Shown here in pieces: positions 29,370-39,252 of a DNA stretch of 64,000 bases. Position 1 is the first letter of the stretch. Every line of letters starts with the position of its first letter. Position numbers and translations under genes: made by a program. The notes beneath the pieces were generated by a model. It was given only the letters and a program-made list of their open reading frames with translations. It did no database searches and was not told where the DNA came from. The stretch comes from Bacteroidales bacterium (GTDB lineage Bacteria; Bacteroidota; Bacteroidia; Bacteroidales; UBA10428): positions 1,747 through 65,746 of the forward strand of contig JAWOHT010000007.1 in assembly GCA_046485045.1 (NCBI GenBank). Direction: 5' to 3'.

Positions 29370-30605
29370 ATGCTTAAATTACCAAATAGAATAGCAATCA
29401 GCGATTATTATTACAAGTTGCCTGAGGAAAAGATTGCCAAATATCCGGTTCCTGAAAGAGACATGTCAAAACTACTTGTCTACAGGTCAGCGAATGGGAT
29501 AAAACAGGACAATTTTTTGCATATTGGCCAATACCTCCCCGCAGGTTGTTTACTTGTATTCAACAATACCAAAGTCATTTATGCCCGTTTGTACTTCAGA
29601 AAAGTCACCGGTGCTACCATTGAACTATTCTGCCTGAGGCCGGTTGAACCGGCAGATTATACGCTGATGTTCCAGACAACCGGATGCTGTGTATGGGAGT
29701 GCATGGCAGGAAATGTAAAAAGGTGGAAATCGGGGCCGCTGGTTATGGAACTTGACATTAATGGGCAAAAGACGATATTAACTGCATCAAAAAAAGGAAA
29801 AGCAGGGGCTGATGGTTCCCTGTATATCGAATTCGTCTGGGATAATTGCAATGTTTCATTTGCTGAGATACTTGAGCATGCAGGGAATATTCCCATACCT
29901 CCTTATCTTAACCGTAAGGCTGAGAAGTCAGATTTAACCGGTTATCAAACCGTTTACTCCAGGATACAGGGATCGGTGGCTGCCCCGACAGCAGGACTTC
30001 ATTTCACCGAAAGGGTTTTTACATCGTTGAAAAAGCAGCACATTAAAACCGGAGAATTAACATTGCATGTCGGCGCCGGAACTTTTCAGCCTGTTAAAGA
30101 CGAAGAGGTTCAAAACCATGTAATGCACGAAGAAGAGGTTTCTGTAACGGTCGCGATGTTGGATTTAATAATAGAATATAATGAAAATACTATTGCTGTT
30201 GGCACCACCAGCGCACGTGCACTGGAAAGCCTTTACTGGCTTGGGGTTAAAATAAACATGGGTTATAAGCCTGAAAATGAAGTGCTTTATCTCGGGCAAT
30301 GGGAGTGTTACCAGATGAAAGGAAATCTTTCTTCTTCAGAATCATTGGTTGTTATTAAGCAATGGATGCAAAAACAGCATGTTACACAATTGAAATTTAT
30401 TACAGGTATTATCATTGTGCCTGGCTATCAATTCGCGATTGTAAAAAAAGGAATGATCACCAATTTTCATCAACCGGGAAGTACTTTACTGTTGCTTATT
30501 GCTGCCTTTACAGGTGAAGCATGGAAGGAAATATATTCATATGCACTTAACAACGATTTCAAGCTTCTTAGTTACGGGGATAGCTCACTATTGCTTGCCG
30601 AATGA
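29370..30605 (+). CDS. queA: S-adenosylmethionine:tRNA ribosyltransferase-isomerase
   Basis: Track ORF trimmed to MLKLPNRIAISDYYYKLPEEKIAKYPVPERDMSKLLVY, the typical QueA N-terminus. Motifs PIPPYLNR, HVGAGTFQPV, GTTSARALES, NFHQPGSTLL. Confidence 0.88.
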   Translation: MLKLPNRIAISDYYYKLPEEKIAKYPVPERDMSKLLVYRSANGIKQDNFLHIGQYLPAGCLLVFNNTKVIYARLYFRKVTGATIELFCLRPVEPADYTLMFQTTGCCVWECMAGNVKRWKSGPLVMELDINGQKTILTASKKGKAGADGSLYIEFVWDNCNVSFAEILEHAGNIPIPPYLNRKAEKSDLTGYQTVYSRIQGSVAAPTAGLHFTERVFTSLKKQHIKTGELTLHVGAGTFQPVKDEEVQNHVMHEEEVSVTVAMLDLIIEYNENTIAVGTTSARALESLYWLGVKINMGYKPENEVLYLGQWECYQMKGNLSSSESLVVIKQWMQKQHVTQLKFITGIIIVPGYQFAIVKKGMITNFHQPGSTLLLLIAAFTGEAWKEIYSYALNNDFKLLSYGDSSLLLAE

Positions 30606-30655
30606 TGCCCTCTCATGAAGAATAATAAGCCAAATGACAGAATAATTTTACCAAT

Positions 30656-31735
30656 TCACCCCCCGAAACTGTAATACGACTGGCAGGCGCCTTCGCCTGA
30701 GACCATACATGCACCTATAGGATTAGAAGGGGTGCATACCTTGCCGAACAATTTACAATCAACGGGGAGTTTCGTTCCTTTCAGCACCTCGCCACAGATA
30801 CAGCCATGGGGTTCTATGGTTGGCTCAACCTCAACCTGCACCTGTTTTTCGGCATCGAAAGCCTGAAAAGCGTGCCTGAGGCCAAGACCGCTTTTTTTAA
30901 GCACCCCCAGCCCACGCCACCAGTCATCGCGCGTTTCAAACACCTCTTTCACCAGTTTCTGTGCTTTGGTATTGCCCTGTTCGGTGACCACCCTCCGGTA
31001 CTGGATTTCAATTTTATGTTTACCTTTCTCTATCTGGTCTACAAGCATGTATATAGATTGTAGCAGGTCTGTCGGTTCAAAACCAGATATTACCACCGAA
31101 ATTTTATGTTTTTCCAGCAGGCTTTTATACATGGCGGTGCCGGCAACGGCAGTTACATGCCCGGGGCCAATGTAGCCGTCAATTTTCACTCCCTCTACAA
31201 TCAGCGCAGTCATGGCAGGAGGCATGAGCTTATGGCCGCTGTAAAGAAAAAAATTAAGAAGCCTGAGCTTCTCTGCTTCCTTAATAGCTACAGCACTTGA
31301 AGGGGTAGTTGTTTCAAAGCCTATTCCGGGAAATACAACTTTTTTTTGCGGATTTGCCTTTGCCACCTCAATAGCGTCAAGCACAGAGTAAATGATTCTT
31401 ATATCGGCGCCCCCGGCTTTTTCTTCAGCCAGCGCAGATGTAGAACCGGGAACACGCATCAGGTCACCGTATGTGGTGATGATAACATCCTGAAGCCTTG
31501 ACATGGCAATGCACCTGTCAATATAATTGCGGGAGGTAACGCATACCGGGCAGCCGGGGCCTGAAAGCAGCCTGATGGTAGCAGGCAGCAGTGTATGAAT
31601 ACCAAAACGCCGGATAGCCATGGTATGTCCTCCGCAAACTTCCATTATAGTGACAGGGGTTTTAGATATTTGCTTTATCTTTTCTGAAAGTTCAATAACA
31701 AGCGATCTGTTCCTGTACTCGTCTACGAATTTCAT
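30656..31735 (-). CDS. hypD: [NiFe] hydrogenase maturation protein HypD
   Basis: 359 aa. MEVCGGHT, GPGCPVCV, GFETTTP, C-terminal Cys-rich region. Overlaps hypC by 4 nt. Confidence 0.9.
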   Translation of the reverse strand: MKFVDEYRNRSLVIELSEKIKQISKTPVTIMEVCGGHTMAIRRFGIHTLLPATIRLLSGPGCPVCVTSRNYIDRCIAMSRLQDVIITTYGDLMRVPGSTSALAEEKAGGADIRIIYSVLDAIEVAKANPQKKVVFPGIGFETTTPSSAVAIKEAEKLRLLNFFLYSGHKLMPPAMTALIVEGVKIDGYIGPGHVTAVAGTAMYKSLLEKHKISVVISGFEPTDLLQSIYMLVDQIEKGKHKIEIQYRRVVTEQGNTKAQKLVKEVFETRDDWWRGLGVLKKSGLGLRHAFQAFDAEKQVQVEVEPTIEPHGCICGEVLKGTKLPVDCKLFGKVCTPSNPIGACMVSGEGACQSYYSFGG

Positions 31736-31977
31736 ACATCTCCTCCTTTGAACCCCTGATTTTCGGAATTTTTTAATTCTTCAAGAAGCTTAAGGGTTTC
31801 GAGCGCTTCTTCTTCGCTTATTTTCTGCAGGGCAAAACCTGTGTGGATCAATACGTAGTCCCCCACCCTTACATCGTCAACCAGGTGAAGGCCGGCATTC
31901 ACAATAGCACCTCCCACGGAGGCTTTGGCAATATTGCCATTGATTTCCAATATTTTTCCCGGTATACCTAAACACAT
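31732..31977 (-). CDS. hypC: [NiFe] hydrogenase maturation chaperone HypC
   Basis: 81 aa starting MCLGIPGKI, with the essential N-terminal Cys2. Confidence 0.9.
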   Translation of the reverse strand: MCLGIPGKILEINGNIAKASVGGAIVNAGLHLVDDVRVGDYVLIHTGFALQKISEEEALETLKLLEELKNSENQGFKGGDV

Positions 31978-31978
31978 A

Positions 31979-34222
31979 TCATCGTCTTTTTTTGGAAGCT
32001 ATCATCAATTGTCCCAGCGCTATTCCCGCATCATTGCACGGGACATTTTGATGCGAAAATACTTCAAAATTGTTTTTTTCAAGCAGGGCTTCAATTCTTT
32101 CAGATATGTATTTGTTCTGAAAGGTGCCCCCGCAAAGAACAACCTTGTTCAAAGCGTTTTCGCGCCTTATCTTCATAGCAATCTTCAAAATTGTATAAAT
32201 AACAGTATTATGAAACTTGGTTGCAATAATCTCAACAGGATTCTTTTTCTTAATATCTTCAATGACTTGTTGAAACATCTCTGCAAACGAAATGGTTTCA
32301 CTTACAGCTATTTCGTACCTTGAACTTACCGAACCAACCGTAAGCGCTTCAAGCCGCATGGGAGCTTCGGCATGATAAGAGGCCACCGGGCAAACATTAA
32401 GCAGAGCTGCCACGGCATCGAAAAGACGGCCTGCACCTGACGATAACGGATTGTTTATTTTCTTATCAATTGATTCAATGATCAAATCGAGTTTTTTTTC
32501 TTCAATGTTGTTCAAAAAAGGTAAATCAAGAAGTTTAATATGGGGGCCAAAAATCTGGTAGAGATATGAAACTGCTGTACGCCAGGGCTCCTCAACAGCT
32601 TTATCACCGCCGGGAAGAGGAATATATTCGAAATGCTGGTACCTTTCAAAATCTTTCAGATCACAGATTAAAAATTCGCTACCCCAAATATTTCCATCGG
32701 TGCCTAAGCCTGTACCATCGAAACTCACGCCTATTACCTTTTCATCGAGGTTATGCTCAGCCATACATGAGGCAATGTGTGCATGGTGGTGCTGAACGGC
32801 AATCTTTTTCGTATCCTGCCCGAGTGCATACTTTGTAGAGAGGTAATCGGGATGCAGGTCGTGGACCAATAATTCAGGACGAAAGCGAAACATCTTTTTA
32901 AACTTCTCAATGGTTTCGGTATAAAACGCGTAGGTTTCGATGTTTTTGAGATCACCGATATGCTGGCTTAAAATGGCCTGTTGACCTTTGCCAATACAGA
33001 AACAGTTGACAAGTTCTGCGCCTGCTGCAAGAATTCCGTCAACATTGCATGAAGTTTTCACCGGAGAAGGGACGTATCCTCTTGAACGCCTGAAAACTCT
33101 CTCTTTTCTGCCGGTGACCCGCACAACCGAATCGTCGGTACGGTTAAATATTTCACGGTTATAATAAATAATAGCATCGGCAATATCTTTAAAAACCTCA
33201 ATTGCCCCTTGCTCATCCATTACAATCGGCTCATCGGCAACATTGCCGCTTGTGAGCACGAGGGTATGAAGGCTTACATGGTGAAAAAGAAGATAATGAA
33301 AGGGCATATAAGGCAGAAATGCCCCTATGGTATTTAATCCCTGTGCCACTGAACCAGCCAGGTGATTTTTCACCTCAAGCAACACAATCGGTCTTCTCCA
33401 GCTGGTAAGTGATTCTTCTTCGGTTGAATTTACTACGGCATATTCCTTTAAGGTTTTTAAATCTCTGAAGAGCACGGCAAAAGGTTTTACTTCTCTTTTT
33501 TTTGCGGCCCGTAACCGGGCTACTGCCATTTCATCCAATGCATTGCACATCAGGTGAAAACCACCAGTCCCCTTGAGGGCAATTATTTTGCCATTGCTGA
33601 GCATTTCTGCTGCAGAAGCAAGTATATCTTCAAGTGAGGTGAAACGCTTGTTTTTTGCAATCATATGGTAAACAGGGCCACAATGGTTACAGGCAACCGG
33701 TTGTGCATGAAAACGCCGGTCGAGAATATCATCATACTCATTACTGCATATGCTGCACATTGCATAAGGCTGCATGGTTGTGTTGCGGCGGTCGTAAGGC
33801 AGGGCTTTGATGATGGTGAACCGCGGTCCGCAGTTGGTACAGTTTATCAAAGGGTATGAAAGACGATGAGGTTGGCTGTCTATGTCTTCAAGACAGTCGG
33901 GACAAACGGCTATATCAGGGCTTATGCCGGTGATGGCATGTGACCTGTCTTCGCTGTGTGCAATTGTAAAATCTTTATACAATTGCATAACTATCTCAAA
34001 TACAGCTACGTTATCCACCTGAGCAGCACCGGGGGTACCGTTTTTAAGACTATCAAGAAAATTCGATAGATCACTATCATTACCCTGTGCAATGATTTCA
34101 ACACCATCGGTAATATTCTTAACAGTACCGGAGATATTGTATTTCTGTGCCATACGGTAAACATAAGGCCTGAACCCAACCCCCTGTACCAATCCTTCTA
34201 CCTTAATTTTCAATGCGGCCAT
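31979..34222 (-). CDS. hypF: carbamoyltransferase HypF
   Basis: 747 aa. Acylphosphatase domain (VQGVGFRPYVYR), two CxxC-x18-CxxC zinc fingers (CPDCLEDI...CTNCGPRFTI; CSICSNEY...CNHCGP), a YrdC-like domain and a Kae1-like domain. Confidence 0.92.
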   Translation of the reverse strand: MAALKIKVEGLVQGVGFRPYVYRMAQKYNISGTVKNITDGVEIIAQGNDSDLSNFLDSLKNGTPGAAQVDNVAVFEIVMQLYKDFTIAHSEDRSHAITGISPDIAVCPDCLEDIDSQPHRLSYPLINCTNCGPRFTIIKALPYDRRNTTMQPYAMCSICSNEYDDILDRRFHAQPVACNHCGPVYHMIAKNKRFTSLEDILASAAEMLSNGKIIALKGTGGFHLMCNALDEMAVARLRAAKKREVKPFAVLFRDLKTLKEYAVVNSTEEESLTSWRRPIVLLEVKNHLAGSVAQGLNTIGAFLPYMPFHYLLFHHVSLHTLVLTSGNVADEPIVMDEQGAIEVFKDIADAIIYYNREIFNRTDDSVVRVTGRKERVFRRSRGYVPSPVKTSCNVDGILAAGAELVNCFCIGKGQQAILSQHIGDLKNIETYAFYTETIEKFKKMFRFRPELLVHDLHPDYLSTKYALGQDTKKIAVQHHHAHIASCMAEHNLDEKVIGVSFDGTGLGTDGNIWGSEFLICDLKDFERYQHFEYIPLPGGDKAVEEPWRTAVSYLYQIFGPHIKLLDLPFLNNIEEKKLDLIIESIDKKINNPLSSGAGRLFDAVAALLNVCPVASYHAEAPMRLEALTVGSVSSRYEIAVSETISFAEMFQQVIEDIKKKNPVEIIATKFHNTVIYTILKIAMKIRRENALNKVVLCGGTFQNKYISERIEALLEKNNFEVFSHQNVPCNDAGIALGQLMIASKKRR

Positions 34223-34309
34223 TGGCTCTCAAATCTATGCCATAATTTGTAAGTAAACAGATAAATATACGTTTTTTAATTGGCAGAAAGTGTTTAGTGA
34301 GTAATCTTT

Positions 34310-34516
34310 TTATTGCAACCTACATTTTTCAAGGTATTTTGCCACGTCCTGAACGGCAAGTCTGCCAGCTATTTCACTCATGGGTGTAAGGCATGGCAAT
34401 TGTCCTTCATCATTTTCGATGGTTTCATAGGCCACGCCCCTGATACCTTTATTCATCAACGTTTCGGTAAGGGTGCAGTTTGCTGCCAGGTGCAGATAGG
34501 TAAAAAAATCAGGGGA
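34310..34516 (-). pseudogene. ald: internal relic of alanine dehydrogenase (about 65 of about 370 codons)
   Basis: Minus-strand translation [68 protein letters not shown] parallels the Ald block LFTYLHLAA...KGV.AIAYETV...LPLLTPMSEVAGRMA.Q.GA.FLEK. It is bounded by a TAG upstream and a TAA downstream. There is no room for the missing N- and C-terminal parts. Confidence 0.75.
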
Positions 34517-34555
34517 CTACTTTTATTACAAGAATTAAGCAAAAAAAACCAATTT

Positions 34556-37500
34556 TCATCCCAGATACTGAGACATCACCCTGATTAATTTATCTCTTAC
34601 AATTGGTTTGGAAAGATAGTCGTCAAAATTCTCCTGCCTTATCAGGTGCTCTTCTTTAGGAAGTGCGTATGCCGTCTGGGCAATAATGGGTACAGAGGTT
34701 TTTACCTTTTTTATCTCTTCGGCTGCTTCAAACCCATCCATCTTTGGAAGCTTAATATCCATGAGCACCAAATCGATTTTATCACTATTTTTTTTAAAGA
34801 TTTCAATTGCTTCTTCGCCGTCTTTGGCCCATAAAACTTCAATATTGGTCATTTTGAGCATTGAGTCAATAACCATAAAATTGGAACCTTCATCTTCTAC
34901 CACGAGTACCCCGCTTTTAGACCAATTGGGTATTGGCAAACCGGTTGTTGTTATCCTGGTTACTTTATTCATTGTGACTTTCTCAGCCACTGTTAGCGGA
35001 AGCGAAAAGAAGAACTCTGTGCCCTTTCCTACATCAGAATCGAGCCATATTTCGCCGCCAAGCCTTTCTACCAGATACTTTGTTATTGACAATCCCAAGC
35101 CGGTACCCCGGTATAGGGTCATTGTATCCTCTTCGATCTTCCTGAAACGGTCGAATATAATATTGAAGTTCTTTTTTTCAATTCCAATACCTGTGTCTTT
35201 AACAAAAAAGGTAACTTTATTGTTCTCTGAAAGCTGTTTGATGCCAAACTCAATGTACCCGTTTCGTGTGAATTTTATCGCGTTGTGTATCAGGTTACAG
35301 AATATCTGTTTCAGACGCACATAATCTGTGACCAATACAGGCACAGCATTAAGAAGATCGGCGCTTAACTTTATCGTTACCTGTTGTTTAGAGTTCTGGC
35401 CAAGCCTTCGGAGTTCTTCTATGTAAATAAGGTATATTTCATTAAAAAGCTTATCGAGCCTTATCTCTGAAAGGGTGATGTCCATCTGGCCTGCCTCAAT
35501 TTTCGAGAAATCAATAATATCGTTAATAAGATTAAGCAATGTGAAGCCGTTGCTTTGGATAATCTGGTAAAATTCACGTTTTTCATCCTCCACAATCTGA
35601 TCTTCGCTGAGCAGGTTTACGAAACCAACAATGGCGTTGAGGGGGGTTCGTATTTCATGCGACATGTTGGCAAGAAAGGCAGATTTTAACCGGTCGCTTT
35701 CTTCAGCTTTTTCTTTTGCTATTTCAAGGTCTTTCGTTCGTTCCTGTACTAAATTTTCAAGTTCAAAACGGTGTTTTTCCAGTTCTTCAAACTGGCTTTT
35801 TATAATCTCATATGCAGCGGCATTGTCAAGCGCAATGGCGATATACGAAGCCAATGATTGCAAGGTGTTCAGGTCTTTTTCGGTATAAGCGTTTTCTCTG
35901 TAACTTTGTACAGTGAGAATACCTATTTTCTTGTCCTTCACTGTAAGTGGTAAATAAATCAGCGACTTTGGAACAAATGAAGACCGCACCATGAGTTCGG
36001 TAATAAAACTTTTATATTCATTCTCGTAATCATTGCTCATAATTATCTGCTGGTTCTTAAAACATAACACTCCACAGCTGGTAGCATCGTCAAGATAACT
36101 TGAAAATGGGGGTATTGAAACGTTATTTTCAATGAGCCTTGAAAATAATATACTATTGGTTTTATTGTCAAAAATACCGATGCCAAATACCGAAGTATCA
36201 GTAAGCGAACTTACATAATTAAAAATCATATCGTTGATGGCATCAAGGCTTAAAGTTGATGAAAGTTTTTTACCAAAGTCACTAAGTATCTTTATTTTCT
36301 CATAAGATTGGGTTAATTGTTCATTTTGCCTGTGTATCTGGTCTCTTTGCAATATAATTTCTACCTTTTGCACCTGTATTTCTTCGTTTCGCGCTAATAG
36401 TTCCTCCTGATTGCTTTTCAATTCACAATATGATTTATTTAGTTCAGATGTTCTTTCTTCAACGGCTAATTCGAGCATCCTCTTTTGCTTTCTCAATTTT
36501 TCCGACCTAAGATAGGCATAACCCAGCGAAGCCGCAACGAGCATAAGCAATGTGATACCCCTGAACCACCAGGTTTGCCAGAAAGGGGGTAAAACCTTTA
36601 TGACAAGTTCTGCAGGCTGTTCAGAGCGTATATTATCATAATTTGCTGCATAGACCTTAAAGGTGTATTCACCGGCCGGCAAACCAGTGTAGGTAACATA
36701 ATTGTTGTATGCGTTTGCCGTTATATAATCTTGGTCAAAACCCACGAGCATATATTTGTAACTGTTTCGTTCGGGATTTGAGAAATGCAAGGCATCAAAC
36801 CGCAGGGTAATAATTTTGTCGCTGTTCCGAAGTTTAATTTTCCTGGTCTTGTTTATGATATTTTCCAATATAATCCTGCCATTGAATTTAACCCCCACAG
36901 GCACACTTCGGTTGTTTATCTGCAAATCTGATATCACAATTTCAGGCCTGAATTCATTGTCTTTGATCTTGTCCGGATAGAATGAATTAAAACCATTGAT
37001 GCCGCCAAAATAAAACATCCCATCGGAAGATTTGTAATAAGCATTGTAATTGAATTCATTACTCTGTATTCCATCTTTGGTTTCATATACCTGGCAATCA
37101 ATTTTACCCGGCATAATTACTGCTTTGGCCAACTTAATCAACCCTGAATTTGTAGATAACCATAAATTCAGTTGATTGTCTTCAAGAATGCCATATACAT
37201 TATTAAAAGGGTATCCATTTTCGTATGAGTAATCTGTAAAAGAATTTGTTGCAGCAATATACTTCACCAGTCCCCTGTTGCTTCCTGACCATATGTTTCC
37301 CCTGGAATCCTCATATACGGTATAGACTTTTCCGATTAAGGAATCATTTTGAATAAAAGTAAATTCATCATTTTTATAGTTATATATCCAAAAACCTCCT
37401 AATCCACCCATTAGAATGTCACCAGCGGCATTTTCGAAAATCCCTAAAAAGAATTCATGATTATAGCGCCTGAATTTTTGCGAGCCAGATTCAAGAAAAC

Positions 37501-39040
37501 TCAGCTGGCTGGGGAATTCGTACCAATTGCTGTTTGCCAGCACCCAAAGATTATTTCTTGAATCTACATGCACAACATAAACATTATCAGACCACATGCT
37601 TGTGCTGTCACCGGGCTTATGCCTGTAATGCCTGAACTTACCAGAACGTGGGGAATAGTAATCGAGCCCTCCAAGGTTGGTACCTATCCAGAGGTTCTCA
37701 TACTTGTCGAGCGCAACCGATTTTACATCATTATAAGAAAGTGAGTTGGTATTTCGCGGATCATTTATCAGGTATGTAAAGCTATTTGTTTTTTCATTAA
37801 AAATATTCAGTCCGTTCTCGGTACCAATGTAAAGAATTCCTTCACTGTCTTTTACAAAATTGAAAACAATATTGCTGTTAAGAGAAAACCGGTCGTTTTC
37901 CTGCGCTGAAAAATGGGCAATGGGTTTTCTGTCCATATCGGCATAATTCAGGCCACCATAATGGGTACCAAGCCAAAGCCCGTTGTTTTTGTCTTTGTAA
38001 TAACACAAGATGGAGTTGTGCGATATCCGGGAGAATTTATGTTTACTGTCGGCATACAAATAAAAAACATTCTTTTCCCTGTTATAAATATAGAGTCCTC
38101 CTCTTGTGCCAAGAAAAAGATTGTCTGCGTTGTCTTCAAAAATCACCCTTACCCTTTCGGTATAAGGATTTTCTGGATCAATTTCAAAATTTGTAATTTT
38201 GAAATCATCCGGATTCAATGAACATATACCGCCATTATGGGTGGCAATCCAAATAGTTCCCTTGACATCTTCATAAATATTATCAATCCGGTTATCTGTC
38301 AGCCCATCTGTGCAATCAGTGTTTTTTTGAATATGCTTAAGTTCACCGGTAGCCCTGTTTATGAAACATAAACCCCTGTTGAATGAAGAGAACCAGATAT
38401 TCTCTTTCTTATCTATCATAAGGCATGAAACAGAATCGGATGGAAGATGTAACTTTTTTGAATTATTTGCATACAATCCGGTTACTTCATTTTTTTCGAG
38501 AGAATATACAATAATTCCCTGATACGTTGCTATCCAAAGGTTGTGATCGGTGTCTTCCTGAATATCGTAGACATTGAGATCGGTTCCGTTTTCCTTAAGT
38601 ATTACTTTGGTAAAACCATCAATAGACTCATTGTAATAATACAGACCGTGACGGGTTCCGATCCAGACCCTTCCTTTTGAATCGCAAAAAACTTTGTGAA
38701 TTAAATTTGAAGGTATCGAATGCGGATCGTCAGTACGATGATAATACACCTTAAAATCAATGCCATTATACCTGTTGAGCCCGTTGAATGTGGCTATCCA
38801 CATATAGCCATAGTGATCCTGGCAGATTGAAAGGACCCTGTTGCTCGACAAACCATGATCGATAGTTATATGCCTGAATTTCATCTGGTTATGTATCCTG
38901 TCATTGTTTTGTGAATACAAACCAACAGAAACATGAAACAAAAGCAGCATTACCCCTGCCCTTAAGAGTAAATATGGGAACATCTTTGTATTAGCCGGTA
39001 TTTCAAACAGATATTTGGTAAAGAAAAAAAACATTGTCAA
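34556..39040 (-). CDS. hybrid sensor histidine kinase/response regulator (beta-propeller + Y_Y_Y + TM + GAF + HisKA + HATPase + REC)
   Basis: 1494 aa. The likely true start is MFPYLLL at 38983. Propeller repeats, Y_Y_Y (YKYMLVGFDQDY...GEYTFKVYAANYDN), TM, coiled coil, GAF-like region, H-box MSHEIRTPLNAI. Intact NLIHNAIKFT / DTGIGI / GTGLGL boxes. Receiver domain VLVVEDE...DLVLMDIKLPKMDG...SKP. Confidence 0.85.
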   Translation of the reverse strand: MTMFFFFTKYLFEIPANTKMFPYLLLRAGVMLLLFHVSVGLYSQNNDRIHNQMKFRHITIDHGLSSNRVLSICQDHYGYMWIATFNGLNRYNGIDFKVYYHRTDDPHSIPSNLIHKVFCDSKGRVWIGTRHGLYYYNESIDGFTKVILKENGTDLNVYDIQEDTDHNLWIATYQGIIVYSLEKNEVTGLYANNSKKLHLPSDSVSCLMIDKKENIWFSSFNRGLCFINRATGELKHIQKNTDCTDGLTDNRIDNIYEDVKGTIWIATHNGGICSLNPDDFKITNFEIDPENPYTERVRVIFEDNADNLFLGTRGGLYIYNREKNVFYLYADSKHKFSRISHNSILCYYKDKNNGLWLGTHYGGLNYADMDRKPIAHFSAQENDRFSLNSNIVFNFVKDSEGILYIGTENGLNIFNEKTNSFTYLINDPRNTNSLSYNDVKSVALDKYENLWIGTNLGGLDYYSPRSGKFRHYRHKPGDSTSMWSDNVYVVHVDSRNNLWVLANSNWYEFPSQLSFLESGSQKFRRYNHEFFLGIFENAAGDILMGGLGGFWIYNYKNDEFTFIQNDSLIGKVYTVYEDSRGNIWSGSNRGLVKYIAATNSFTDYSYENGYPFNNVYGILEDNQLNLWLSTNSGLIKLAKAVIMPGKIDCQVYETKDGIQSNEFNYNAYYKSSDGMFYFGGINGFNSFYPDKIKDNEFRPEIVISDLQINNRSVPVGVKFNGRIILENIINKTRKIKLRNSDKIITLRFDALHFSNPERNSYKYMLVGFDQDYITANAYNNYVTYTGLPAGEYTFKVYAANYDNIRSEQPAELVIKVLPPFWQTWWFRGITLLMLVAASLGYAYLRSEKLRKQKRMLELAVEERTSELNKSYCELKSNQEELLARNEEIQVQKVEIILQRDQIHRQNEQLTQSYEKIKILSDFGKKLSSTLSLDAINDMIFNYVSSLTDTSVFGIGIFDNKTNSILFSRLIENNVSIPPFSSYLDDATSCGVLCFKNQQIIMSNDYENEYKSFITELMVRSSFVPKSLIYLPLTVKDKKIGILTVQSYRENAYTEKDLNTLQSLASYIAIALDNAAAYEIIKSQFEELEKHRFELENLVQERTKDLEIAKEKAEESDRLKSAFLANMSHEIRTPLNAIVGFVNLLSEDQIVEDEKREFYQIIQSNGFTLLNLINDIIDFSKIEAGQMDITLSEIRLDKLFNEIYLIYIEELRRLGQNSKQQVTIKLSADLLNAVPVLVTDYVRLKQIFCNLIHNAIKFTRNGYIEFGIKQLSENNKVTFFVKDTGIGIEKKNFNIIFDRFRKIEEDTMTLYRGTGLGLSITKYLVERLGGEIWLDSDVGKGTEFFFSLPLTVAEKVTMNKVTRITTTGLPIPNWSKSGVLVVEDEGSNFMVIDSMLKMTNIEVLWAKDGEEAIEIFKKNSDKIDLVLMDIKLPKMDGFEAAEEIKKVKTSVPIIAQTAYALPKEEHLIRQENFDDYLSKPIVRDKLIRVMSQYLG

Positions 39041-39252
39041 TTTATTGGACTAAAAATAGTCTTAAAAATTGAAAAACCGAATAAAAGTGATAAGAAAGTT
39101 CTATACATCTGAAAATCAATACTGAAATTTGTAATTAGTACTTATAATCATTATAAATTTATAATAACCCTTGTAAAAAATCATTTAAAATCTTATTATT
39201 GTGTGAAACAATTAACAATAAAAAAATTCCTTCCTGAAAAATTATACTCATT

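Noticed and set aside
34313-34588. 91-aa + strand ORF between hypF and the hybrid kinase
   Set aside because: It is the antisense shadow of the alanine dehydrogenase relic and runs into the 3' end of the kinase gene. It has no recognisable motifs.
34686-35324. 212-aa + strand ORF inside the 1494-aa hybrid kinase gene
   Set aside because: Ser/Ile/Phe-rich low-complexity translation, antisense to the clearly coding HATPase/REC region.
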